NCBI GenBank assembly: GCA_963514005.1
Contig: OY740782.1
Location: forward strand, 105,772,001-105,836,000
Direction of reading: 5' to 3'
DNA from: Raja brachyura
Lineage: Eukaryota
Length of the DNA stretch: 64,000 nt
The notes beneath the pieces were generated by a model. It ran no database searches. It was given only the letters and a program-made list of their open reading frames with translations, and was not told the origin of the DNA. The position numbers and the translations under genes are program-made. Shown one piece after another: positions 48,222 through 61,409 of the stretch (its first letter is position 1; each line of letters opens with the position of its first letter).

Positions 48222-48661
48222 AGATATAGTGAGAAATCAGGACTGGTGTTGAGGGAAGAGGTGGACGAAAGAGACAGATGGGGTTGTGTTAAGTGTTTGG
48301 GGAAAGGCCATACAAACCCATTTGTATGGCTGTGGCCAGTTCAACCCTTTCCACCAATATTCCTCCCTGGTTTCACATTTCACACCTCTTCTGTCCTCTC
48401 ATTTTCTAACCTTGTCTTTGCACCACTGTCCTTTGTCTAATCATTTCCCAATCAAATCCCCCTCATCTCTTTCCATCTATCACTTGCCTGACTTTATCCC
48501 ACCCTCTCCTCTCTTCCACCTCTTCACTCCACCCCAATCCGATTATAATCAGACTAAAGGGTCCTGTCTTGAAATGCTGTGTATTGTCCTCCAGAGATGA
48601 TGTCTAACCCGATGAGATACTGCAGCACTTTGTGTCTTTTGCTGTGACCAGTTGTCACTTG

Positions 48662-49100
48662 CTCAGATATTAATCACACCTGTGGAGATGCTTCCACCCA
48701 GAGGTGACAAACAAAACAATATAACCAATCCTTCACAAAATAAATTAGATGCTCGAAAGCCATGAAATCTTTGTGTCCCTCTCTTTGTGCCTCCATGTCC
48801 CTCTCTGTGTGCCTCCGTGACCCTCTCTGTGTGTGCCTCCGTGACCCTCTCTGTGTGTGCCTCCGTGACCCTCTCTCTGTGTGCCTCCGTGTCCCTCTCT
48901 GTGTGTGCCTCCGTGACCCTCTCTGTGTGTGCCTCCGTGACCCTCTCTGTCTGTTCCTCCGTGTCCCTCTCTGTGTGTGCCTCCGTGACCCTCTCAGATA
49001 TTAATCACACCTGTGGAGATGCTTCCACCCAGAGGTGACAAACAAAACAATATAACCAATCCTTCACAAAATAAATTAGATGCTCAAAAGCCATGAAATC
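48662..49100 (+). repeat. ~24-bp minisatellite (48770-48992) flanked by a 108-bp direct duplication
   Basis: 48662-48769 equals 48993-49100 with one mismatch; unit CTCTGTGTGTGCCTCCGTGACCCT. Confidence 0.9.
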
Positions 49101-49319
49101 GGACTGGTGACAGTAAAATGGGCTGGAAAGTCTATGTTTTTATTCGCTTTTCTCCCCCCGTAGATTCATATTGCCTCCAGAAGAGGTCCACGAGAGAACC
49201 AAAACAATTCTCGTGACACAAAAAAAAGGCTAGACAATCTGGAGATGCTGAATAAATATAAAAAACAAAATTTCCAGACAAATTCAGGGTCAGGTAATAT
49301 GTGCACAGGAAGAAATATA

Positions 49320-49671
49320 TCTATCTATATACTATTAATATTAAGATTTGCCCTTTGATTTCATGGTTCGCCAAAACCATACTTTCAAACCCCAAGATAT
49401 CTTCCATTTTGCCACACATTACACTTTTACATTCACCCATTCGCTCCTCATTACATTTAGACATTTTTATGTACACTTTTTAAAATAAAATCCTTCACCC
49501 CCCTCCACACACACTCACTTATATTGTGGCCTCTTGCTGGCCAGACACCATAACGGCAGCTACTGCAGCCTGCTCTCCTCCAAAAACGCCACCATTTTCT
49601 TTCCCCGTGGCCGATTTATGCGACTGAAGCACGTTCGGGGACCAGACCCAATGGGTCTGCACTTGGTCTTG
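49320..49671 (+). mobile_element. Short Helitron-like element
   Basis: 5' TCTATATACTAT; 3' hairpin AGACCC-AAT-GGGTCT followed by CTTG. Confidence 0.65.
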
Positions 49672-50954
49672 TATACTTTTAAAACTCTGCGTGTGTGTGT
49701 GTGGGTGTACGCTGTTTTGCATTTGATTTGTTACTCCACGCAAACCGCACGCAAAAACACCAACATTTTTTCCATTTCGCTAGCGATTTTACTTTTACTT
49801 TCGTACATCCACTCCTTGGTCAATTATTTCCCCAGATCTTGAGGAAAATTGATCACAAAACTCAAACACAACTCAATTTTTAAGATCTAACGGCTCTTAC
49901 CAGCTCCACATAAGTTCTGCTGAACTCACAGCTGGCACAGCTAGCGAAGCCCTGCCCACCTGCACGCTCCTCCCATCCCCTGCGCGCTCCAGAGAGTCAG
50001 AAGCCCAAAGCTGGATTTGCCTGCTCCAAACCTCCCCCCCCCCCCCCCCCCACCCCCATTCTCAAAATTCTCTGCCGATTGGGAGAGAGATAAGGCAATG
50101 GGCAGGGCAAAGGCCGGACACCGTCATCGCACTTTCACTCCGTGTTCCTCTGTGCCTCCCTGTCTCCCTCTCTGTGCCTCCCTGTCTCCCTCTCTGTGCC
50201 TCCCTGTCTCCCTCTCTGTGCCTCCCTGTCTCCCTCTCTGTGCCTCCCTGTCTCCCTCTCTGTGCCTCCCTGTCTCCCTCTCTGTGCCTCCCTGTCTCCC
50301 TCTCTGTGCCTCCCTGTCTCCCTCTCTGTGCCTCCCTGTCTCCCTCTCTGTGCCTCCCTGTCTCCCTCTCTGTGCCTCCCTGTCTCCCTCTCTGTGCCTC
50401 CCTGTCTCCCTCTCTGTGCCTCCCTGTCTCCCTCTCTGTGCCTCCCTGTCTCCCTCTCTGTGCCTCCCTGTCTCCCTCTCTGTGCCTCCCTGTCTCCCTC
50501 TCTGTGCCTCCCTGTCTCCCTCTCTGTGCCTCCCTGTCTCCCTCTCTGTGCCTCCCTGTCTCCCTCTCTGTGCCTCCCTGTCTCCCTCTCTGTGCCTCCC
50601 TGTCTCCCTCTCTGTGCCTCCCTGTCTCCCTCTCTGTGCCTCCCTGTCTCCCTCTCTGTGCCTCCCTGTCTCCCTCTCTGTGCCTCCATGTCTCCCTCTC
50701 TGTGCCTCCATGTCTCCCACACCGTACCTGTGAATTGGGGGCTATGTGTCAGTCGATAGGGCAAGGCATGGGGTAAAAGAAGTGAATTAATAATATTAAT
50801 ATAATATCAATGGGGGTGGTTAGTGTGTGTGAGGGGTGGTTAGTGTGTGTTTGAGAGAGAGGTTGGTTAGTGTGTGTGTGACACCTCCGGCCGCCCCCTC
50901 CCCGCGCAACCGCGCTCTGGGGGAACAGACCCAACGGGTCTGCACTTGGTCTAG
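49672..50954 (+). mobile_element. Helitron-like element abutting the previous one head to tail
   Basis: 5' TATACTTTTAAAACTCT(GT)n resembles 33635; 3' hairpin CAGACCC-AAC-GGGTCTG followed by CTAG|T. Confidence 0.75.
50147..50718 (+). repeat. 22-bp minisatellite, ~26 near-perfect copies
   Basis: Unit TCTGTGCCTCCCTGTCTCCCTC. Confidence 0.95.
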
Positions 50955-51804
50955 TTATCCTTAAAGTAATGATTTTCACCAGAATTAATTTGAGTTTCCC
51001 CAGCCCTGATCTTGACTCTTCATCTGACCACCTGCAGTTCCCTTTGATCTCTGATGCTAACTGTGATGTCTTGTACTGGCTTCAACTGGAAGCCTGTCCT
51101 TTGCAGATCAAATAACCCAGGCTTTGAACATATGCAAGGAATATATTTAGAAGTTATTACTCAGTGGGAAGAGAATATTGAAGGTGAATGTAACCTTGAC
51201 CTGCATTCCCCTAAATCTTTTGCTAACAATGATTTTTCATTAGTATGCCATTCCCAGAACTGAACAGTTGAAAATTAATTAAAGATGAATAAAAATATGC
51301 TTTTAGTTGCCTCAGGTGAACAGGAATATTACAGCATGGATAAAATGAAATGTTGTGTGTCACTGGGACAAGTATGTCAGGTCAAAATTATTCTGTTTAA
51401 AATTACACCTTAGGAAACATTATCCAGACAAAAATAGTAACACATGGCACCACTGTGACTTCAACAGCCAACAGTATGCTAGGAAACGTTTGAGCATTTC
51501 ATCAAATGCACAAGGCTGGTGTCATTTCACTTGTTTCTAGAACAGAAAATGTCTCACTGGGACAAGTAATCAACCTCTGCTCACAACTGGTATAATTTCC
51601 CAAATGAATTCCAACAGTAAAAATAAACAAAGTTTCCATTCATCGGGGCTGAGGAAAGACTTCAGGCCAATATTGGCGAAATGATGCTGAGTTAAAAGGA
51701 GCTGCATTATTCCAGTAACAATGGTAATCTTGGTAGTGCATTCCACAATTCTTCACTATATTTTGACAAAAGATGGAGCTGAAAGGATATTTTCACAGAA
51801 CTCT

Positions 51805-51940
51805 TTCGCATGGCGACCAGAAAGACACTACGACTCTTTGGGCGACTGAGGAGACTACTCACGGCCATACAGGCGACACCCCGGTGACCATGTGGCGACA
51901 GCGTAGTCGCCTAAAAAATAGCCTAAGTGGGACAGGCCCT
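51805..51940. mobile_element. Harbinger-like MITE, partial (one TIR)
   Basis: Ends GCCTAAGTGGGACAGGCCCT followed by TAA. Confidence 0.65.
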
Positions 51941-52342
51941 TAAGAATTTTTAATTTCCACAAAAATTGAATGTTGTCATGGAGCAAATGTTTATGGCTCA
52001 GTATGGCTCGGTTTCCAGTAAATAAGAAGATTTTGACAAACGTAAATGGGTTTTAGCATACAACAAGAACATCTGATTATTGGTTAAAGATATATTTTAA
52101 ACATTATTTAGATTACTAGTCAGATAAGATATTGAATATTATATTGTACTTTTGACGTTACTGCTGAAGAGTAAAGTGGGTTGGATAACATTCCAAGAAA
52201 GGCACAGATGGATTTTGCATCTTTGGATTCTTCAGTATAGTCAAACCTAGAGTCAAATCTATTTGGATACATCTGTTATCAACCACTTCTGATCATTGTT
52301 TTTCCTAACTGTACATTGTTAACCGTGACTGTTTGACATGCA

Positions 52343-53733
52343 ACACTATAGTTTGCCGTCAATGGTGGGCAAATTAATGGAAAGGATACTTAGAGATAAT
52401 ATATATAAGCATCTGGATAAACAGGGTCTGATCAACAACAGTCAACATGGATTTGTGCATGGAAGGTCATGTTTGGCAAACCTGCTTGAATTTTTTGAAG
52501 AGGTTACTAGGGAAATTGATGAGGGTAAAGCAGTGGATGTTGTCTATATGGATTTCAGTAAGGCCTTTGACAAGGTTCCCCATGGAAGGTTGGTTAAGAA
52601 GGTTCAATCTTTGGGTGTTAATGGCAGAGTAGCAAGATGGATTCAACAGTGGCTGAATGGGAGATGCCAGAGAGTAATGGTGGATGGCTGTTTGTCAGGG
52701 TGGAAGCCGGTGACCAGTGGGGTGCCTCAGGGATCTGTGTTGGGTCCACTGTTGTTTGTCATGTACATCAATGATCTAGATGATGGGGTGGAAAATTGGA
52801 TAAGTAAGTATGCAGATGATACTAAGATAGGGGGTGCTGTGGATAATGAAGTAGATTTTCAAAGTCTACAGAGAGATTTGGGCCATTTGGAAGAGTGGGC
52901 TGAAAGATGGTAGATGGAGTTTAATGCTGATAAGTGTGAGGTGCTACATCTCGGCAGGACAAATCAAAATAGGACGTACATGATAAATAGTAGGGAATTG
53001 AGGAATGCTGTGGAACAGAGGAATCTAGGAATAACTGTGCATAGTTCCCTGAAGGTGGAATAGCATGTAGATAGGGTGGTAAAGAAAGCTTTTGGTGTGC
53101 TGGCCTTTATAAATCAGAGCATTGAATATAGGAGTAGGGAAGTAATGTTAAAATTGTACAAGGCATTAGTAAGACCAATTCTGGAGTATGGTGTACAATT
53201 TTGGTCACCTAATTATAGGAAGGATGTCAACAAAATCGAGAGAGTACAGAGGAGATTTACTTGAATGTTGCCTGGGTTCCAGCAACTAAGTTACAGAGAA
53301 ATGTTGAACAAGTTAAGTCTTTATTCTTTGGAGCGCAGAAGGTTAAGGGGGGACTTGATTGAGGTCTTTAAAATGATGAAAGGGATAGACAGAGTTGACG
53401 TGGATAAGCTTTTCCCATTGAGGGTGGGGAAGATTCAAACAAGAGGGCATGACATGAGAATTAAGGGACAGAAGTTTAGGGGTAACATGAGGGGGAACTT
53501 CTTTACTCAGAGAGTGGTGGCTGTGTGGAATGATCTTCCAGCAGAAATGGTGGAGGGAGGATCGATGTTAACATTTAAAAGTAAAGTGGATAGGTATATG
53601 GATAGGAAGGGAATGGAGGGGTATGGTCAGAGTGCAGGTAGATGGGACTGGGGAAAATAAATGGTCGGCATGGACTGGAAGGGCCGAGAAGGCCTGTTTC
53701 CGTGCTGTAATTGTTATATGGTTATATGGTTAT
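52343..53733 (+). mobile_element. 5'-truncated CR1 LINE: RT domain in one frame with three internal stops
   Basis: QHGF..GRSC, YMDFSKAFDKVPH, GVPQGSVLGP, YADD; stops at 52911, 53061 and 53262; (TATGGTTA)n tail. Confidence 0.95.
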
Positions 53734-53769
53734 AGATAGCATTGAACCATCAGAATCCTCTGACAAGAG

Positions 53770-55078
53770 TCCATTATAAAGGATGTCATGGAGTACTTAG
53801 AAGTTCACGATGAAATAGGCCAAAGTCAGAATGGCTTTGTGAAGGCGTCTTGCTTGATAACAAAAATTGAATTTTTTGAAGATATAAATAGCAGGACTGA
53901 CAAAGGAGAGTCAGTAGATGTTGTTTACTTAGATTTTCAGAAAGCCTTAGATAAGGTGCCACACGTTAGGCTGCTTAGGAAGATGAGAGTTCACGGTATC
54001 AAAGGGCATATATTAGCATGGATAGCAGGTTAGCTGGATGGCAGAAGACAAAGAGGAGCATTAAAGGAGGCTTTTTCTGGATGCCCTATGGAGGTCCACA
54101 AGGGTCGGTGCTGGGGGCCACTACATTTCACGTTGTATATTAAGTATTTGGACGAGGGGATTGAAAGATTTGTGGCAAAGTTTGCGGATGACACGAAAAT
54201 AGGGACTCTGTAGAAGGAGTTGGACAGGTTGGGAGAGTGGGCAGAGAAGTGGCAAATGAAATAGTGTAGAAAAGTGTGACGTCATGCATTTTGTTAGTAG
54301 GAATGAAGGTGTAGACTATTTTCCAAATGGGGAGAAAATCCAGAAATCGGAGGTGCAAAGGAACTTGGAGTGCTGGTGCAGGATGCCCAAGAGGTTAATC
54401 TGCAAGTTAATCTGCAATTTACTGAATTGGTAGTAAAGAAAGCAAACTCAATGCTAGCATTTATTTCAAGAGGGCTTGTATACAGAACCAGGAATGTAAT
54501 GATGAGGCTCTTTCAAGCCGCATGTGGAATATTGTGTGGAATTTTGGGCACCATATCCGAGGAACAATGTGCTGGCTGTGGAGAGTGTTCAGAGGAAGTT
54601 TACAAGCATTATCTCAGAAATTAGTAGGTTAACCTATGATGACAGTTTGTCAGCATTGGGCCTGTATTCGCTGTTTTTTTAGAAGAATGAGAGGGGACCT
54701 CTGAAACATATAGAACAGTGAAAGGCTTGGATAGAGTGGATGTGGAGAGGATGTTTCCAATAGTGGGAGAGTCTAAAACTGGAGATCATAGCCTCAGAAT
54801 TAAAGGCCGTCGTTTAGGAAGGAGATGAAGAGAAATGTCTTTAGTCAGAGGGGTTTGAATCTGTGGAATTCTTTGCCACAGAAGGGTATAGCGGCCAAGT
54901 CAGTGGATATTATTAACACAGAGATAGATAAATTATTGATTAGTTCAGGTGTCAGCGGTTATTGGAGAAGGCAGGGGAATGGGGTTAGGAGGCAGAGATA
55001 GATCAGCCATGATTGAATGGCAGAGTAGACTTGATGAGTCGAATGGCCAAATTCTACTCCTATTCCTTATGACCTTAT
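53770..55078 (+). mobile_element. Second, more decayed CR1 LINE
   Basis: YLDFQKALDKVPH, PQGSVLG, FADD with frameshifts; CR1 3' UTR. Confidence 0.88.
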
Positions 55079-55480
55079 AATCAAACCTGCCACCATACCA
55101 GTGCAGAGTGGAATCCAAAGAAAATTAATTGTTTTTAATATTTTGCCAGAGGTTCCCCCAATAAATCATTTGGATTATTAGTAATAGGGGGAAACACTCA
55201 AATTCAGAATATTAAGTCTACAATATGTTGGATTAATTGTTCATTACATGTTCAATTGTGAAATTATTCAAATAATTATTTCTGAAATTCACATTTTAGT
55301 AGCAACATTGATCTAATTGAAATACGAGTAATAGTAAAGGATCAAGAAACCTAGACCTGGAACTCTACACAGTTGTTGGAACATCAAATACCACAGATTC
55401 AACTTCTGTTAAAAAATACTTCTGGCAAGGATTGTAATCAATTTTTCCGCAAATGGCATTCAAATAGTTTGAGAATTTGG

Positions 55481-55770
55481 AGTAGCATGGTGGCCACAGG
55501 AAGTTTAGCTGATTCCTCTCAGCGCCCATAATCTGGGTTCAATCCTGACCCCCCCAGTGCAGTCTCTATGGAGTTTGCGCATCCTCCATAACTGTTTGGG
55601 TTTCCTCGGGCACTTCTACTTTTCGCCCATATTCCAAAAATATACAGGTTGATCAGTTACTTTGCAGTACCCTCAGTCTGTATTTGAATGCTAGACATTG
55701 GGAATATATGAAGAATAAAAGGAGGGTTCATGTAAGCAGGTGGTTTATGGTCAGTGCAGACTTATAGACA
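55481..55770 (+). mobile_element. Degenerate tRNA-derived SINE
   Basis: B-box GGTTCAATCC followed by tatggagtttgc..gggtttcctc. Confidence 0.6.
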
Positions 55771-57059
55771 GCATGGAAATAGTCCCTTTGGCCTGCCATG
55801 GCTCTGCATGTCAAACAGTAATGGTAACAACCAAATATATATTTGCTGTTAGGAGGAGCAACAAACATTACAGATATGAGTATGGGTGTAAATCAACGGT
55901 GATGTATGGGAAATGGTGCTACCCGAGTTGCTGGCATCACTTTACAGAGCTATTGGCCATTTCTGAATGATGGAGATGTTCAATGACACTCAATGCTCTT
56001 GTCATTTATCTGTCAGGACACATCTATGCAATCTCACAAGGAGAGTAGGTTAAAAAAAAAATCAACTAGTTTATATATGGGCCATGCAGGAGAAGACTTG
56101 AACTAAATAATATTTTCTTATTGTCCAGTTTACAATACTTTATTTACCATGTTATATATTAGTTCAGAATTTTCAATATATGTGAAAGATAAAATAAAAG
56201 GCATTTATATTTTACATTGGGTGACAGTAATTACAGCACAAAGTCAACTTCATGAGAGCAATTATAGCAAAATAAAACACCCCCAAAATTAGTGGTATTT
56301 AGGTTCCTTAGGAATTAATTTGAAATAGTTTATGATTTAATTTTATTATATTATTGCCAACATTTGTGAGTAATGTTGTTTCTTTTAACCAGAAGTGCCC
56401 AACTACAAATATGCAAAATATTACCAAGACATCAATTGACAGTACAGGCACCATACGTTTTCCGTGGGAGTTACGTTCTTGAAAAGCAGCAAAAAGTAGA
56501 TCGAAAACACGCAAATACGGGACTGCGAAGTCAGGTGTAAGTTTGAGCTCAAATATACGAGCAGCTGAATCAGGCATTGGTATTAAATGAACAAAAGCAT
56601 TATTTCAAAAGCGCATCAATCAAACATGTGTAAAATATGAGGTGCCAGTATTTCAATTAATTGAGCACTTCCAAAATACTCTGCATACAAGGTGGGGTGT
56701 AGAAGGAAAGAAACAATGTGAATATGGTGATTTATGAGCATGAGATATTTGGGAATTACTCTTACTTTGCAGAACAAATGAGTCTGATGCTTTAATTCAT
56801 ATTTTCATCGGGATGGCAATTTGTTCAGGTTCAATACGAAAAATCTTTAACCGACACTGATCTGTGAGGAGTGATAAATCACATTGATTTGATGGGTCCT
56901 TGGCATTATTACCAGTACTTAACATTTTTGTTGAAATTTAAAAAGATACAACTAGCTAGTTCAGGCTATTTAATTATTTACAGGGATAATTGTGCCACAT
57001 AATAGCTTCCCTCTTGGCCCACCTGGTCATCGACATAAATCCTATTTGCCTGCATTCTG

Positions 57060-57900
57060 CTCATACAGTGAAAAGCTTTGATTGTGTATAATCTAGTAAA
57101 TTATACCAAAATGTGTACAATCGGTTGTAAGTGTAAGAAAGCAAAAGCAGCGTGGAGATTGTGATCCAGCTACTGAGAATGTACAGATGAACAAAAAATA
57201 GGGCTGCAGATTGGAAGATCAATAATTCATCCTTAGCATACAGAATGTTTGTCCATTAGACAGATAACAGCCGGAAGAAGCTTCAAGATTCTAGTGGCAT
57301 GCCCTGTCAAGCTTATGCAACTCTGCCTAGTTTAGTTTAGAGATACAGCAGTTGATGTGTTTTCTTAGCTGAGGCACCAATTTGGTTAGACCAGTACGGA
57401 TTGTTGGTAATATTTACACCTTAGAACTTCAAGTTCACAACCACATCCACTTCAGCACCATTTATACAGACTGGGGCATGTACTCTTACCACCTTCTTCA
57501 ATGATCAGCTTCTTCACTTTGCTGACATTGAGGGGGAGGTCATCTTCTTGAAGCCATGTTACTAAGCTAGGCCGTTCCATCCTGTACTCTGTCTCATCGT
57601 TGTTTAAGATCAGACCACTACAGTAGTGTAATTTGCAAACATGGAAATAGAGGTAGAGCAGATTTAGCTCCACTGTCGTCAGGGTATAGGGAATATAGTA
57701 AGAGGCTGAGAACACATCCTTGTGGGGCACTGGCATTGAGAAAAATGCATGGAGGAAGTGTTGTTTGCTTATCCCTGCCAATTGCTCTCTGTAGGCCATG
57801 AAGTTTAGGATCTAGGTGCAAAGGGACTGCAAGATCCTCAGTCCAGAAGTTTGGTTGGGATTATCTTGTTGAAGACAGAGTTATAAGCCAATAAATAGGA
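57060..57900 (-). mobile_element. Degenerate Rex1/Babar LINE RT fragment
   Basis: APQGCVLS.LLYSLY; GLILNNDETEYR...LVTW.....L.LNVSK.K. Confidence 0.7.
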
Positions 57901-58493
57901 GTCAGACATTGGTGGTTCATGCCAGACACCATGACTTAGTCCAGCACTTTGTCTTATTTGTAACGCAGCATCAACAGTTCCTTGTGTCTGAATCAGAATG
58001 ATTTTTTGCTTCAAGTAGCAATCCAGACTTTTGAGAACTGTATAAGCTGACACTCAATAGTGGTATGAAGGTATGTTGGAATCACTGGATATTGGGAGAG
58101 ATATAAAACAGAAGCCTGTCTGCTCATCCAATTTAATGGAAACGATTCTGTGAAATTGGTAGCTCCTCGGGATCCTGGCCAACATTGATTGCATAACAAG
58201 AGTTTTCCAGAGGTACTCAGGCAGCTTCTGTTGAGGGAAATGGACAAATTACATTGAACAAGGGTCCTGAACCAAAACATTGTCGATTTCCCTCCACAGA
58301 TGCTGTCAGACCCACTCCAGCAGTCTGATTTATTTCCTCAAGATTCCAACATTAGCAGTCTCTGGTGCCTTTATTTTCTGCAATGTTTGCAAATCAAAAC
58401 ATATGTTCGCTTTCACATTGTTTTTAGCAATAGATAACTACACATAAATTGGCTGCCACACTTCTGATGGTACAATGTCTACAATGCAAAATG

Positions 58494-59502
58494 TAGCAAT
58501 GTTACAAAATTTTGAGATTTAAAAAAGTCTGCAAATTATCCCATCAGATAAAGCATACAAAGAAGTTTAATTTGACACCTAATTCACTTTCATATCTTCA
58601 ATATTAAAAAGGTTATGGCCATTTTCATACTCGGAAATTAGCATCTTGTTCCCCATTGCCTTACCATTGACTTAACACAAAAGTTGTGATCGAGGACAGT
58701 ACAAAGCCCATAACTTTCTTAAAAATTAAGAGAACTGAAAGAAATTTTCAGCTATTATAGATTGAAGCATTCTGAAACTAATATGAAACAATCTTACTTG
58801 GATGACCTGAAATTAAAGCATATAATTAGTTAGTTACCCAATTGTAGTTAATTACAAAATTCAATTACTAGATCTAAACATCTATCCATTTCTTAAGAAA
58901 ATATTAACATTTTTTTTAAAGCCTAAGTGTCCAAATAGCATTCACACAATAATTCACAATATCACATGATTTTTAAATCTAATTGTCACTAATTTATAGG
59001 CAAAATTGAAGGAATTTAGTGTTTAATGCCTGTAGATTAATGGCCATTTAAATCAGCTTGCAAGTGGGATTTTCTGGAACACGATGGATTGGAACGTTGA
59101 GGTTGCGGTGAATTTAAACCCAATATCGGCAGGGAAAATTCTGCCAGTTCATATGGGGACTAAATCACCGTTTCGCAACATGAAATATGAAAAAATAAAC
59201 AGCTTTCACTTACCTGTCCCCTACTTATATCAGTCCCTGTTGTCGGCATTCACGACATTAGGAGCTAATTTTTATTTTACTGCAGCGCTGAAATAGTCGG
59301 GCGATTAAAAAAAAAATTTACTTACCGGCAGTCCGTACGAATCTCCAGAAATAGCTCGCAAGCCGACAAAATATAATTCCGGATGGCAAGGGGAAAACCG
59401 CATTTTAACCCCCCCCCCCCCCCCCCCAAAGGCGCCAAAGTCACACACACGGCCAGCGGCAGAACTGCAGCACCGCTAAAGGTAAGTTTTGTAACATACC
59501 TA
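58494..59502 (-). mobile_element. TIR DNA transposon family, copy 3 (complete)
   Basis: TAGCAATGTTACAAAA ... TTTTGTAACATACCTA with a perfect 7-bp flanking duplication CAAAATG. Confidence 0.9.
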
Positions 59503-59858
59503 CAAAATGTATTACATTGGCTGCAATGCAATTGAAGCCTTCTAGATTGTGAACCCAGTTAGAGCTCTGCAAATATATATATCTTAATTTTGCCTGGAAT
59601 CATTCTTGTGCATCAAACCAACACATTCATGGCAAGAGTCATGACCAGGCCTTTTCAAGTACCAGATTATGTTCTGAACAGAGTTTTATAGGCTCCAACA
59701 TAAACCGTTTCCCTTGCATCTTGATCTATGAGATTGAAAGGGACCTAGCATTTTCACCATCTAAAGAACATACAGGAAAAGCCACACTGCCTCCATCATT
59801 GCGTTATGTAGTATGTAAAGTTGCAAACTCCAGAAACAGAACATTATCAAATCCCTTA

Positions 59859-60086
59859 AGGGCCTGTCCCACTTTCACGACCTAATTCACGACCTTTTTT
59901 AACTCGTGGACATTTTTCATCATGTTGATAAAACGCCCCGACCTACTTGATGCCACGAGTGCCTACGACTAGCATCATGACCTGCTACGACCAACCTACA
60001 ACCTCGCGATGACTATGCTGCGAGTATGAGTCAAGGGCAAACTTGGCAGAGGTCGTGAATTAGGTTGTGAAAGTGGGACAGGCCCT
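59859..60086. mobile_element. PIF/Harbinger-like MITE
   Basis: ~35-bp TIR AGGGCCTGTCCCACTTTCACGACCTAATTCACGACC with TTA duplication. Confidence 0.85.
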
Positions 60087-60783
60087 TTAGATTTCATATT
60101 GCCCTTATCAACATTAAAGGAATAAAACAAACAGGAACATTTGAACACAAGCCAATTCTTTTTTCACTTTAGCAAGCCAATTAATAATTCATTATTTTTG
60201 AGAAGGTAAAAAGGTAATTAGGCTATTTTGAATTTATAAGTAGTCATTAGAGGAAGCCACCACAGTCTAACTGGCTGTGATTCCAGGGGAAGCACATGCA
60301 GTAACACTCCAGGAGGGAAGACTAAAAGGCAGCAGTAGCAAATCTCTCCTGCATGTACTGCCCTGGAGATATCTTAAATTGATTAATCTTTCATCATCTT
60401 GACCTCAAATAGCAAGGCAGAGTAGAAAGAATATCTTATATAAAACAATGTTTTCAACTAAACATTGTCAAATAAGTTCTGTTTAAAAAAAAATCAGAAC
60501 ACTGACCCCTCGATTAACTGGCCCATTTAAATATTTTTGTGTCACATTATATCAAATTAAATAATTATTTACACAAGAGATGAAAATAAAAGCATATGTT
60601 TGACCACAGATGTCCCCAAACTTCAACATTTAAAAAATTGTGCAGTTAACAGAGCATCCTGCTCATATTTATTGCAAAATTAAAAAATAGCATGCTATTT
60701 GTAACCATGAAAGCTATCGAAAGATGAGTAAAATAATGTAGGTGGTTTCAGTTGTCTGGAACAATGCATTTAGTTGTTACTTA

Positions 60784-61342
60784 AGGGCCTGTCCTACAAG
60801 CATGCAGCTCTAAGCGATGAACGCGATCAAACTAGAAGCGGGGGCCGCACGGAGGTCGGGTGATCCCCTGTACAGGGCCGTTCCCACCAGCATGCTCCTG
60901 CATGCGGCAAGCGCAACCAAACCTGCAGCAGGGGCCGCGCGGAGGTCAGGTGAGTGGCCTAACGCGGCGCACAGTGAGGCGAACTTGGAGCGAAGTCTAA
61001 GGTAAGTTCACCAGGACAGAGAGGGGCACAGAGATGCGCACACACACAAACAGAGGGCCATGGAGCCACACACATAGAGGGTCATGGAGGCACCTACAGA
61101 TAGGTTCACGGAGGCACGATGTCGGGGCGGTGTGTAATGCGTCGAGGCGACAAGCCGTTGCCACGCGGAATTTTTGAACAGTCAGTTTTTCGGAGCCCCG
61201 CGCGATGTCGGGACGAACTCCGCACAATTCCGCACGGCTCCGGCGAATGAAGTGGGACCGGCCCCGCGACGCCGCACGGCTCAAGCGACCACGTTAGGTC
61301 GCGCTAATTGCAACAGAGTTGCATGCTTGTAGGACATGCCCT
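60784..61342. mobile_element. PIF/Harbinger-like MITE
   Basis: TIR AGGGCCTGTCCTACAAGCATGC / GCATGCTTGTAGGACATGCCCT with TTA duplication. Confidence 0.8.
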
Positions 61343-61409
61343 TTAGACAATATATTGCACTTTAGTTGGGATAGTCATGAAACAGTTTTCAGGCCACAGG
61401 TTATGCAAG

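Noticed and set aside
50017-50776. Five ~200-aa ORFs on both strands; the array is superficially CRISPR-like
   Set aside because: These are translations of a stop-free 22-bp tandem repeat; there are no unique spacers and no cas genes.
56308-56577. 89-aa ORF in a slightly CpG-rich patch
   Set aside because: No recognisable homology, splice signals or element termini.
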